From the NCBI GenBank assembly GCA_037447605.1, contig CM074804.1:496001-560000 (forward strand): 64,000 nucleotides of DNA, written 5' to 3'. Every line of letters starts with the position of its first letter. Positions within the stretch are counted from its first letter, which is position 1. Both the position numbers and the translations under genes were made by a program. The notes below the pieces were generated by a model. The model had not been told where the DNA came from. It did not search any database and saw only the letters and a program-made list of their open reading frames with translations. Below are positions 1-12,560 of this stretch, in pieces. The DNA is from Zygnema circumcarinatum SAG 698-1b. Its lineage: Eukaryota; Plantae; Zygnematophyceae.

Positions 1-189
1 CTAAAACATATCCTTCCTGCATCCTTGAAATACATTTTTTACAGTATTTGTACCCTTTACAACCACCACCTAGACAGGATAAAAGTCTGGAGTATTCTGG
101 AGCTCTCCTGCAGAGTGCGTTCAGGGTAAGGAATCCGATAAGAAGGATAAAGGAAGCAAATGTATTCAACAGAGAGAGGATACACTCAC

Positions 190-977
190 TTGGGCTTGAG
201 TAATCTCCGGCTTCTTGTAGAGCCCCGTGGCCCACATAATAGATACAACGATGGCCCCAACAAGGAACTGGAGGGAGGTGATGGTGATGGGGTATGGGAA
301 CACCTTGAGGACCTGGGAAGCGAAAAAAAAATTAAAAACGTCAAAACCATTCTGTATGTGCTCCATTTGCAAGGGGGAACTCAAATGGGTAAAAGTCAGT
401 GCATTGTTCAATGACATAGAGCAGAGGAGAACACCTGACGCTTCCTGCAAATTTAATATAATGTACCGTAAGAAACCACATTGGTGAATTGAAGCAAGTT
501 TCTCCTTTCAGAAGTATATTTTCAACTGACCTGCTTATTGTAAATGTTGAAGTAGATGTTGAACAAATACCACAGACCAAACAGGCATCCGAGCTGGATA
601 GTTTTAGCCAAAGCAGCTTGCTTATCTTCCACTTCTGTTGCATTTCCAGCGTCAAGAGCTGCCGCAGCGTCAGCATCACTAGCTCCGGCTGCTGCTGCAC
701 TGCAAACAGTGCGGACCGTTCTGCGAGGAGTAATATCATGCCCCCGCAGTGCAATGCTCCGCAGAGGCTCAACGCTTCCACAAAAGCCGCGGACAAGTCT
801 CAAACTTCCTGACCTCTTCCCCGCATTCAAGCCGCATTGCACGCCGGAACCAAGTCTTGGAGCAGGCAGAAGAGCCCTTGGCGCGCAGGGCGACGCGTAC
901 TTCACCACAGACGAAGAAACAGATGCAGCAGCAGTGGCTGAGGGGGCGGCGCAGTGGGAGACAGCGACGGCAGCCAT
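190..977 (-). CDS. PPT: Plastid phosphoenolpyruvate/phosphate translocator (TPT family), 5' part; gene continues beyond window start
   Basis: Exon 977-531 encodes an Ala/Ser-rich transit peptide then [25 protein letters not shown] (donor GTCAGT). Exon 312-190 encodes [19 protein letters not shown]...TQAQ (donor GTGAGT). These match the PPT N-terminal signature. Confidence 0.9.
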
Positions 978-1721
978 CGCGGAGGTAAAGAGGGAGAGGG
1001 AGAGCGCGAGAGAGAGTGGAAGAGGCGGAGCTTAAGGCGAGAGCGTCCTGCAGTCCGTACGGTACGGCATGCCGTACTTCTCTCACATGTGCGACCGACC
1101 GTTCCTGTAACGTTAAAAGCAATATAGATATTTTTGATTGTTTCTTTACAGTTTGGAATACACAAAGGTCCATCTATGTAGCCGATCTATGCTGTTGAGC
1201 GTAGATGAGGTCTAAGGTGAAGGTACGAATTGAGCTTGAATTTGAATATTTTGCGTGGAAACTTTCGGTTTGATGACATCATCAAGTTGCGAAAAGAGCG
1301 CGGAAGTATGTATGGCGTTCCCCATCGAACTCGAGGGACTCCCGCGTTGGTTAGAGGGGAGGAAAAAGTTGCTGACGCCACAAACTACGCAGAAAAGAAT
1401 CCGGAGAGATGACCAATTTAATTACTCGAGATGATTTCGAGCCAAGCTGAAGGTCAGCTGCATGTGTCCCGTGAAATCACAGTGTGCCACGTCAGAGACA
1501 TGACACGTGGCCGATCATCATTGGCTCCGGCGAGAGAAGTGTAAAAACGGTCACTGAGTCACTCAAATTACTCTGTGTTAACTGACGCATAGCCAAGGTC
1601 GAACTTCATGAGAGCTCAGCTATGGCGTCGCTCAACCCTAATTCTCAACCTGAAGACCTGCAACCCTAATCCTGCCTCCTGTTTACCCCAACCCTGATCG
1701 CAGAGCAGCAGAAGCAGCAGC
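978..1721. promoter_or_regulatory. Bidirectional promoter region PPT / UTP25
   Basis: Head-to-head genes. CCGTAC/GTACGG cluster at 1055-1077, G-box-like GCCACGTCA and GACACGTGGC near 1486-1511, and telo-box-like AACCCTAA near 1634 and 1663. Confidence 0.6.
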
Positions 1722-4700
1722 ATGCGGGGCAGAGGAGGAGGTGGGGGAAGGGGCAGAGGCCGGGGGGGAGGGGGGAGAGGAGGAGGGAGAGGGGGGAGAG
1801 GAGGGAGAGGAGGGAGAGGAAGGGGAGGAGGGAGAGGGGGCAGAGGGGGGAGTGGAGGCAGAGGGGGAAGGGACCAACCTCACAAGCGTCAGCGCTCGGA
1901 CTTGGGAGGAGCGGATGGCGAAAGGGCTACCGGAGCGTCAGGAGCACTTTCAGCTGCAGGTGCAAGTTGTTTTCATCTTTGCTGCTGTATCACATCCTTC
2001 AAGTGAAAATACGCAAATGTTTCTCTCTCTCTCTCGCGCGCTCTCGCTCAGAGGGAAGACTCACTTGCTTTCCCGCAGCTCCGTTTCCTTTAAGCTGGTA
2101 CCGTACCAGCCGAATGGTACAGATTTTCGAGTCTTCTTGTATTTTCCTCCCTGAATTCTTCTCGAGCTGCTCTATACCCTGAAAGCAACCTCAGAAAGCT
2201 AAAATTTCTACCCCGTTTTTTTTTTGTTTGCTAAGCCATTAGCCGAGTCTTAAGGTCTGTTTTGCTATAATTCAAGATATGAAAGGCTGAGGCTTGTGCA
2301 TGCTTAGCAGCTGCTGAGGCTGGCAGGTTCAAGCGGCAAAAGAGAAGCGATGACATCGAAAGAAAACCACTGGGACTTTTGGAAGCTGGAAATGGCTCAG
2401 CCTATGACGCACTTCTGTCCTCTCTTAGGAAAAGTGGAGCTTCATTCGCTCAAGCTTATGCTCGCAGGTGTGAAGCACAACTGCTGGATTTCGTAAGGCT
2501 TTGTTGTCCAAGTTCGTGAATTTGATTTTGATAGATTGATTCCACTTTTTCATTTACAATGACCATATGCTCGGCGAGAGCTTCTGAATGCAATAATTTC
2601 ATTGTATTCAACATTTAGCAACATTGAGGGGGAGGGCAAATGAACTCAGTGAAACATTTCTCACAGACAAAAACGATATTGGTCTAAGCAGAACCAGCAT
2701 ATTTTTTTTGGTATTTTTGATTTTGTTTTCTATTATTGAAAAGAGGTATATAAGTAAAGATTAAAACGCGCCCCGTTTGTACATTTTCTAGGTGTTGGCA
2801 TTGAGGTCGTACACTCGTAATACATTGGGACTAAGGCATGAGGGACAAGTATTGCGTCTCAAACCAGAGAGTTAGTGAATTGTTGAGAATATTACTGCAG
2901 ACAGACAAGAGAAAGTTGTAAAGACAAAAAGTGGAAAATTCTCAGTAATACGCCAATCTTGGTGTTGCGTAGTGTATCAATCACTCGATAACTAATAAAA
3001 AAAAGGTACTTGGTACATGACCGCTTTAATAATTCATAGTTAAAGCTATTTTTTGTTGTGGGAGGGATAAAATGGCAGGAAGCGAGAGGAAGAGGGTGGT
3101 AGCAGCAGTGAAGGGGAGGGAGAGTTTTCGGAAGAAGGCAATGGCTATGGAGTGGATGAAGATGAAGACGATGAAGACGATGAAGTTGACGAAGAGGATG
3201 GTCAGTTTGTCTTTCTCGAGCCATTCTTGAAAGTATTTTGTAGACGTTGTTATGTTGTCAAAGCCAACAGCAAAGCCAATCCAAAGCTCGAAGTAGGACA
3301 GAGGAGGGGAGAGCAAAACCAGTGATATTGCTTCCGCAATTTAACAGGGTCATTTTGAAGTCTGTTTAGTAGAATATCCACTCCTTTCAACTTTGGCATT
3401 TGTTTTTTTGTGGGATCGGCAACCCTATGATCGCAAATTTTGCTCTTCTCACGCAGATGGACATGTCCTCGAGCCTCTGCAGCCGTCTGAAAATGGGAGG
3501 AGTGTGACGGAGGGCTCGGAAGTACAAAACAAAGGAGGTGGGCCAAACAGTGAAGTAGTTGAGATAGCAGATGAGGTAGCAGATGGCGATGGAAATGAAG
3601 AGGAGGATGAAGTGGGTGGAGAGGAGGAGGATGAAGTGGATGGAGAGGAGGAAGTTGAGCATTCTTCTTTAAGGTGAGCAGTACGTACCTTTCAAGCTAT
3701 CACATTGGAGATAAAACAGCCACCTTTTGTGGGGAATTCTGATAGGTAGGCATAGGAAATTGACCATTAAAGGACATAGTACACAGAACATAGAACATGG
3801 AACATAGAATTCGGCGACGAGAGATGTGCACAGCCCTCTTAACAACTTCTCTTGCTGTGGTATTGGGCCCTGCTCGGCATACGCGCAGCTCTTTCGAAGC
3901 CCAATTCGGCCGCATTTTGACGAGTTCAGAGGTCGATATTCTCACCAAAAGCAAATCTAAGTTCACAACAGAAGTTGCAGCTTCAGGATTTTTGGGAGCC
4001 AAATGGGTTTCGGATCGTGGGTCCCTTCCAGAGGTCAGTTTCTGACAAAATTTTAATGTTTTTTATCGACTAAAAGGTGGTTAGATTTGTAAGAGGAAGG
4101 CAGAATTTGTATGAGAGAAGCAATTCTCCTTAAGGATGGGATTCTCTGTTTTTCTATCGTTGATTGGATTCCATTTGCCACTTTTTGTTACGTGGGGAGG
4201 GAGAAATCCCAAAAAGGCAGAAAAAGTAAGGCGGAAGCTGCGTTTACGCATTAATGGAAATGTTTTTTAAGGTTCATTTTTTGCAGAGTGAGAGTTTCGA
4301 ACCCGTTTGAAAGTGAACGTGCAGACCATGTCCTATTTCAGATATCCCCTCTTTTGTCGGAGTCTTCGATTTTTTGGAGTTTGAGTGACGGATGTGCTTC
4401 AAGCTGTGGGGTGTGCAGGACGAGAAGAGTTTGGAGAAGCTCGGAGTGAAGGCTCGGCTACGGGCACACTGGAAGGCTGGGCATAAAGGAGCAGAGTATG
4501 GGGACTTTGACTCGGCTTCCCAGTCCCAGTTCTTTGGCCTTTGTGAGTGGACCCATGGTTTTTACCCTCATAAAGTGTTTACAAATTTCTCATTTGCCAA
4601 TTGGATGAAATATGTCTATGCTTCTCTTCTTTGATTGCTTAGTTTATATGTGCTTCTTGCGGTCTGGCTAGACCTTGAAATGTGTTTTTTTTTTTTTGTT

Positions 4701-5294
4701 TTGTGAGGGAATATCTTCCTTTTTGGGGCTGAAATAACGTTTCATAGTTGATTGCTACGGTGAAGTTTCTTAGCAAAGGTACGGATTTGGGGGAAGTTTT
4801 GTGTCATAAGACCCCAGTTTTTTCCTGAGTTCTAGTAGCGTATCTCTTCTTATATCCTACGTTCTCAAAACTATGCATGGAAAGCCTGCAGAACATTTTC
4901 ACCTTTCGTCTTTCGTCTGCAGAAATGACAAAGAAGTGACAGAAAAGGACAGATGAAAGAGAGAAGTACGGAAGTCTTATTGAATTCGGGCGTTGTCCGT
5001 TGCAGGCAACGCTTACTGTGATGTGCTCCATGTGGAGAGACCCTCTCCGGAAAAGACTGCAAAATGCCAAGGGGAGGAGGCCAGACTTATGGATGTGTAC
5101 GCACTACATGTGGTCAGTTCCGTTACCGTTCCGTTCCGGCCTTTGTGTAGGCCTAGCTTGTCGTCCATCGACTTTAATCGTCTTGTACTGTGAATTGGAT
5201 AACATGACCAAAATCTGAGTCAATGTAACTAACCATATGGCTAAGTTTGTTAGTCATGTGAATGGAGGTAACTTGGAAGGAAGGGGAAGAACGA

Positions 5295-5326
<32 letters not shown>

Positions 5327-8300
5327 ACGAAAACCATGTATGTGAAACAAGGAAATTGGTCAAATAGGGAAATTTAAAGAAAAAATAAAATTGAAAATAT
5401 GATGCTTGGCGTTGAATGTATCCAGCTGAACCACGTGCTGAAGACGAGGGATCGGATTGCGAAAAATAATGAGAAGCTGAGCAGAGATTCCGGGCGAGAG
5501 GTCAACGGTAGAGGCGGGGTCCACATCGAGGATCCACCTCGGGATCAAGGGTTCACTCGCCCCAAGGTGCTCATGGGTCCACTTCCAAACAAAATATTGG
5601 TCAGGTCAGGCTTGAAAGATGGGGTTGATCCTTTCACCTTTTTTGAACTGCCAAAATGAAGAAACTCGTTCATTTCGATTTCTTCGTTTTGTTTTGCGGA
5701 AGATGAAGATTTGATTTTAGTATCGAGTTTTTTTTTCTTTTTTTCTTTTCAGGTTCTTTTCCTTCTTCCCTTCCGGAGCGTAGCCCTGCGATTGGTGGAA
5801 CGGATTTTGGCTATCGCCCCTCCCTCTCAAAAGGTGTGAATACAAATCTCAAAACAGGGGAGTTTGCGCCTTTCATCTGTGTGTATTTGATATGACTAAA
5901 CTAAATGTCTAACTAAATGACTAACTAAACTACTCTTCTGGTTTCTGGTTCTGGCTTTGGATACTTTGAGATGCTTTGTTTTCATTTTTCATTTTTTGTT
6001 TTTTGTTTTGTGTTTTGTTTTGCAGACTTCAGTTGAACACAAGGAGCGCTTTTTCGACGACTTTGGTGTGGAGGAGGAGGGGGAGGAGGGGGAGGAGGAG
6101 GAGGCAGGGGGGGAGGACGAGAGAGAGAGGGAGAGAGAGAGAGGGAGAAAAGCAAAGTTAAAGGCCGCTGCGCTCAAAGGAGGAAAGCCGGCAGATCATC
6201 GGGTACTTTTTGGGGGAAATAACGACGATCATTTTCGAATAGGTCTAAAATTCACGAGGTATATTTTGTTGCGATTAAACTATAAAAGAGTGGCATACAT
6301 TTAGTCCAATCACTGTACAATATTTAAACTTTTTTTTAAATACCAGTTCTCTCCTCTGCAGTGCTAAAAAGCGAAGAGATGCTTTTAAAATGGGTTAGTT
6401 GTAACCCAGAAGCTGACAAGGGATGTTTTTTTAACTTTTGTGTGAAGCTGTAAAGCTGAAAAAAAAGAAAGAGCAGGTATGGAGAGGGAAAGGGGAGGTA
6501 TTAGTTCTGCTCAAGATGCATTCATACAGTTGTTAAAAAGCTCAGTAGGGAATGAGAATCAGAATGAGAGTGAGAGCAAGAGCGAGAGTGGGAGCGAGAG
6601 TGGGAGTGAGAATGGGAGTGAGAGAATGAGGGACTCTGGAGGGCTGCAGGAAGAGCATAAAGCTGTACAGCGAGTTCTATTCCAGCGACATCATCATCGC
6701 ATCTCCCATCGGATTGGTCACGGTATATTTCCATTAAAATTAAATTTGAAAAGAATAAATATGCAAGAAGCATTTGGGGTCTCACCTTGTGTATGCTGAG
6801 AACTGGAATTGTTAGGTGTCTCCTTGTGCTATTTAAGTTTCTTGTTTTTGTTTTTCCTAGAAGTAGATAACATGCAGGAAAATCAGATATTTGTTTCCTG
6901 GGTTGTGGTTGTATTCAGCAAATAGGAGAGGCGAAAGCAGAGAAAGATAAAGACACCGACTTCCTGTCATCCATTGAGGTGAGAAACCACCAGGAGAAGT
7001 GGCAAAGGTGGAGATATTTACAATGCATGCATGTACGCTTTATCCCCGCCGTTAGTCTTAAACTAAGTTGCTTTCTAGTAATTTTTTTGTTGTAATTCTG
7101 ATTCCACGAATGGAGGGAGAGGATGCAGATTGTTGTGGTCGACATGGCCGATGTCATTCTCATGCAGGTGAGCTGCTTGTAATGATCTCAAAGATGTCAT
7201 TTAGGAACTTAGATTTTATGTCTCTTTGTCATTTTGCCCTATTCATGGTTTTATCAGCAAAGTTATCTCTCAAGTTCAAGTCACCTTGTTGTATGAACTT
7301 ATTGCATACACAATACGCACGATCAACAATGTATACGTGACCATTGACTTAAAGTATACCTGTGTGCTGGAAGATTGACCGCAAAAAGGGTGTGTTGCTG
7401 ATGCGCACGCTATATTTGGAGAATTTCACAGAACTGGAATCATGTTGTCACGGTTTTTGAGGAACTGAACCGCGTTCCCAGTAAGCAGCATGGAACGGAT
7501 TTCATGCGGATTCGCGAGTGGTAAGGTGCCGCCTTCTCCTTGCCCTCTCCTCTCCACTCCCCCTTCCCCCTCCCCCTCCCCCTTCCCCCTCCCCCTCCCC
7601 CCTCCCCCCTCCCCCCTCCCCCCTCCCCCTCCCCCCTCCCCCTCCCCCCTCCCCCTCCCCCTCCCCCTCCCCCTCCCCCTCCCCCCTCCCCCTCCCCTCC
7701 CTCCCACCTCCCCCCTCCCCCCTCCCCCTCCCCCTCCCCCTCCCTCCCCCCTCCCTCCCCCCTCCCCCTCCCCCTCCCCCTCCCCCCTCCCCCTCCCCCC
7801 TCCCCCTCCCCCTCCCCCTCCCCCTCCCCCTCCCCCTCCCCCTTCCCCCTCCCCCTCCCCCAATGGCAATGGAATTTGAATTTTCCACGAGTTCTTTTTT
7901 TTCTCTGAGGCGTTCCCAAAGGTAGAGTCTTGCAAGCTTGTGCTCCATTTTGGCCCTATTGCAACATCTTTTCCATGTGAGACACTAATGAAATGGAGGC
8001 GAGTATTGGCATGTCATAACAGGAATCTGAATGGTTGGGCTCGCCACTACCGCCAAACCATCATCACTTCTTCTTTTGCTGATGCTGGTGAGCACTTCGC
8101 TTTATTGCAGGAAAGATTCACGTGAAACTTGTTAAGAGCAAAGGTGTTTTCATGGACTATATCAGACCTCCGTGTGTTCTAGGTAGCCATCTACAATTGC
8201 CTACAAGTGCAAAGCCACATGCATATCATGTTTGGTAATTTTCACTTGTTTCACTGTCACTTTAACTTCAAGTGGCTGCTTTGTGCCCATAGACGGTTTC

Positions 8301-8748
8301 TTGTCTACTCATTTACTTCTTTTTTGAGAAAGAGAACAAAAGGTAATTTGATGTTGTGTCACAAGCCCAGTCGTTAAGCAGCTCCATCCACGTTGTGCGT
8401 GCAGAAATTAATGCTCTGTTTCGCCGTTCTTGCGCAAACCATGCAGGAAAGGTGAGTCGAAAGATTAACCTTCTATGTTCAAGAAATCATCGTTAAGCGA
8501 GTCTTTTTCAGATCCACTTTATCTTGTTGTAAAAACGGGTGTCGTTGTTGAAACGGGTGCTCTTGTTTGCGTCGTCCTGCACTCCCTTCCTAGAAAGACT
8601 TCTTTCAGGGAGCGTACATTCTTTCCATCCAAGTCCTCTGTGATGGTTGATAGTGAGCTGAGTTCAGAAAGAGTAGAAGCGGAATGGGAGGGCGAGGGGA
8701 GGAGGATGGAGGGTGGGAGAGAGGGGGAGAGGCTGGGGAGATAAGGGG

Positions 8749-8794
<46 letters not shown>

Positions 8795-11431
8795 TGGAGA
8801 GCGACGGATTCAGTGGGGCGTTTTAAGCCTAGGCTAGTTGGAGAACTGTATGCACTCTTCCAATCTCTCCGTACAAAACGTGCTCACAACAACAAAATTG
8901 AGCAGTGAAAAGAAGCCGTGTTGTCCTCCTGAGCAGGCCTTACTTTTGGCCCCACTCTCTTCCTTTGCAGGTGAAGCTCCGTCTCTCCCACTCCGGAGTC
9001 CTCTCCCGCGTTATCCCTCGAGTGCGGCAGGTCATGCCCATTCTGCACTCATGCATTTCATTGGCCTATATGCCTAGTATCTATATCTCTGAATATACTT
9101 TACCCCTGTGTACGTATATATCGATTATCTACATACCTATGTACGTATATAACTATGTCGTGTATTCCATTACCTGTATGGTAGAAGGGAATGAAAGCCT
9201 CGAAGCAGAGTTCTGTGCATAGCTTTTCTTTCGTTCCTAGGTCGCTTGTCATCAGCTCCCCTTGGTTCTGCATGTTGTTTTTTTGTCCATGAACATTTGA
9301 TGGCATCGCCATCGTGAGATCAATGCCAAATACATTTCTGCCTACATACTGTATACAGATAGACCCTAGTCCCATATACTAATGCCTATTGGAAGTTGCG
9401 GATTCATATTGTACACAAAGAGCTAAAAAAGAAAAAAAAGAAAAAAAAAAGGAGAGGGTTCGTTCCTTGTTACTTGAGAATCTTTCCGCATGTCAGCGTA
9501 CGAGCCCTTTTCAGATGAAACACAGCGATGTACAGAACTCTGCTCTATTGTGCAGTGCGTTTCCATGTGTTCAGGTCCGTTGTTTGCCCTGACTTTCCAT
9601 GCGCTATGGGAGGCTGCTCAGGTCTATGAGCGGATCGACTGCGATTCCATCACCGGCAGTGAAGAGGCTCGCTTTGAATATTTCACAAAGAACGTGTACC
9701 CTCGCATGCGAGACTCCATGCAGGTCCGTTTCAGTATTCACAAATCAACCAACGTTTATGCGTCTCTTCCTATGCGTCCAGCTGTTGGAACTTGAATTTG
9801 ATGGAGTCAGACAAAAGAGGAAGTGGAAAACAAAGTTTGTGGGCTTTGTTATGAACGATAATTTAGACTACTATATGTTCTTTAAGTCCGGTCTGCTCAT
9901 CTACTGATGATAGAGTACGGAGGCAGTTGGCAGAACAACTTTTTTTTGCTTTTCTTGACTGCTTTTTTTAAAACTTTTGGGTCATGTGGGGCCTCAGGGC
10001 GGAGTTTTGGTGTTCATGCGATCGTACTTTGAGTTTGTTCGGCTGCGGAACTTCCTTAAAGCAGAGGATGCATCCTTTGCGTTACTGGCTGAGTAAACTC
10101 ACTTTCCCATTGTGGACTCACAATACGTAATTGCATATTCGAACAACTGAAACATCGAATCGAAGTGTTTTAACCGCTTACAATGGAGATAACATGCTTT
10201 ACTCATTGAGTCGGGAACGTGATGAACTCAAGGGACTTGTCCTGACTCATGTAAAGACGAGCCTCTTGTAGGATATATTAGTGCTTGGCATCAGACTTAA
10301 TGTAAGTATCTCGGTTTCTATGCATTCAGATACACAAAGACGAGTGATGTATCGCGTGCCCGCTCGTGGTTCTTTCATGGACAGCGCCGCCTGCTCCTCT
10401 ATACAGAGAGGGCACACTTTTACCATCGCTTCCAGGTGCCCACTGTCAAATTCTCTGATGCATACCTTTTTGGAAGAGGTACAACCATTCTTCCTGTTGG
10501 TATGGTTATTGCTATTAGTCAGTTGAACAGTTAGTTAGTTGTTAGTAGTAGGAATGCGTTAGTTCATTAGTTATTATTAGTTCGTTGTTGAGTGATACTT
10601 GAGATGCTTCTGAAACCGCAAAGTCGTAGCATGCTCGTCGCGATGGTACGTAAAGCTTGTTTATTTGTATGGGGTGGACTCTTTTTCTGCAGATCCGAGG
10701 CATCAAAGAGATTGTATTTGTCTCTCTGCCGCACAATCCACGCTTCTATGCGGAGGTCAGTTTTGTGAAAACTGTCACATTTAAGAGTCTGGTTGCAGGT
10801 TGTAACTGTAAGGGGAGAGAAGAGAGAGAATATGAGGGAGAACGAGAGGGATAGAGGAAAAAAAACCCATCGCAGAGAGCGGATGGGGGGCATGGATTGT
10901 CGGGGAAGAGAGGCACAGAGAGAGGGAGAGAGTGAGAAAGAAAGAGAGCGGGGAGGAGCGAGAGAGCGAGAGAAAGAGAGAGAGAGATGAATAGATAGAT
11001 GCCCACATAGTATCTTTGCACTCAATTTTCCACGGGCTGGAGGGGACCAACCTGTAGATGTTAAATCTTTTGGAAGGAACGGAGAGTCCTTCGTGCTCTG
11101 TTCTCTTTACTCAGTTCGACAACCTTCAGGTGTGAACGCGAAGCCCAAGCGAAGAATCGCATTTTTTAACCGCATCTTACGCCTATAGAGTGTAATCAGT
11201 AAATGGGTTTGAACGATACTATGGAAAACCCAAATGAAAGATGTAACGAATTAGCATGTTAGGGGGGATTGCCGACTCTCAATGCCTCGCTGACCTGCCT
11301 TATTTGTTGGTTAGTACTTAAGAGTGTGAGAGGAGGGGGTGTCCCTTTTTGTGCAGTTGGAGCGCATTGTCGGGACATCGAGAAGCTCCAAATTGCTTAA
11401 CTCCCAAAACCGGACGTTCATGTTCTGCTGA
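1722..11431 (+). CDS. UTP25: U3 snoRNA-associated protein 25 (UTP25/DEF/NOF1), about 20 exons
   Basis: GT-AG exons join to give [34 protein letters not shown]|[54 protein letters not shown]|[40 protein letters not shown] and a C-terminus LERIVG...TFMFC*. N-terminus is RGG-rich then acidic. Confidence 0.93.
7553..7861. repeat. (CCCCCT)n-type homopyrimidine tract in a UTP25 intron
   Basis: About 300 bp of C runs separated by single T. It generates the spurious Pro/Gly ORFs in the track. Confidence 0.95.
9225..9328 (+). repeat. Dispersed about 100-bp repeat ending CATTTGATGGCATCGCCATCGTGAGATCAATGCC; other copies at 11825-11853, 25806-25908, 39892-40005
   Basis: Direct visual alignment of four copies. 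One copy is the 3' end of the retrotransposon fragment. Confidence 0.7.
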
Positions 11432-12560
11432 TGGCCCTATAGACGAGGGAGGGAGCTGTGGTTTGGCATTCAATTTTGGGTAGGAACTGACTAATGGTCA
11501 GGAAAAATGACGAATGGTCATAGGGCTGAGGGCTATGGGATGAGTCATATGAGCATCGATGGTCCACCTTTTGCTACCCCAGTTCACCCCTCCCTCCACC
11601 TTCACCAAAATGGCTCGTCACTGCAATGGATGTGGTCGCATGAGGCCGTGTTGTTGCTTTTCATGCATGGGATGTCATGTCAAGCCATGACATGACATGT
11701 GCATGGACAAACATAGTTTTAACCATGGGGAGCTCTTCAGCGAGGCGCTATACAACATGAAAATTGTATTGCCATTGGTCTCACGAGGGTTGCGATACCA
11801 TACGATGACATGACACGACATGACATGGCATCGCCCTCGTGAGATCAATGCCAATCCCGAATTTCAATTTCAACATGAGTCTGCCATTTGTAATGACTAC
11901 TGATTTGCTGGTTAACCAACTAGTCAACCAACAAGTTGAGTCAATTTGTTCAACTGGGCTCACTAGCCAACTAGGCCAGCTCGTCATTGTACGGTAACCG
12001 CTTCGTCCGTACAGCACAATCTGCCGTATAGTACGGTCTGCACGAACCATCCACGTGGCGGTTTCCTCCCGAGCGCAATGTGGCGCGACCTCTGACAGGG
12101 CCCTACCACACGTGTGAACACTCGCATGTGTGGGTTCACACGTGCGAGCCTCGCACGTGCGGGCCCGGTCGGGCAGCCCCGCTCTCTTGGGAGGCGGCAG
12201 CGCGCGCCAGCTGGCGGCAGTGGAGGGGAGAGGGGGGGCGCCGCGTGGCAGCAAGTGAGGGCGGGGGAGGGAGAGGGAGAGGGAGGGAGAGGGATAGGGA
12301 GAGGGAGAGGGAGAGGGAGAGGGAGGGGAGAAGCCATGGTTGCCTGCGCTTGAGGAGGAGCAGGAGCAGCAGGAGTAGGAGCAGGAGGAGGAGGAGGAAC
12401 AGCAGGGCGTTGGGCAGTATCAGCAAGTGGAGGAGGAGGAGAGGGAGGGGAGGAGAGGGAGGGGGAGGAGAAGGAGAGGGGAAGGGAAAAGGGAGGGGTA
12501 GAGGAAGGACAGGGGGGAAGGAGAGGGAAGGGAGGGAGGGAGGAACGTGACATTGCAGCC

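Noticed and set aside
7426-7948. Long Pro-rich/Gly-rich ORFs on both strands (extensin- or GRP-like)
   Set aside because: They are translations of the (CCCCCT)n tract inside a UTP25 intron bounded by clear splice sites.
7553-10990. Idea that intronic homopurine tracts are always pyrimidine-rich on the sense strand
   Set aside because: UTP25 has both a C-rich tract (7553-7861) and GA-rich tracts (about 8690-8785 and 10820-10990) on the sense strand, so there is no consistent bias.
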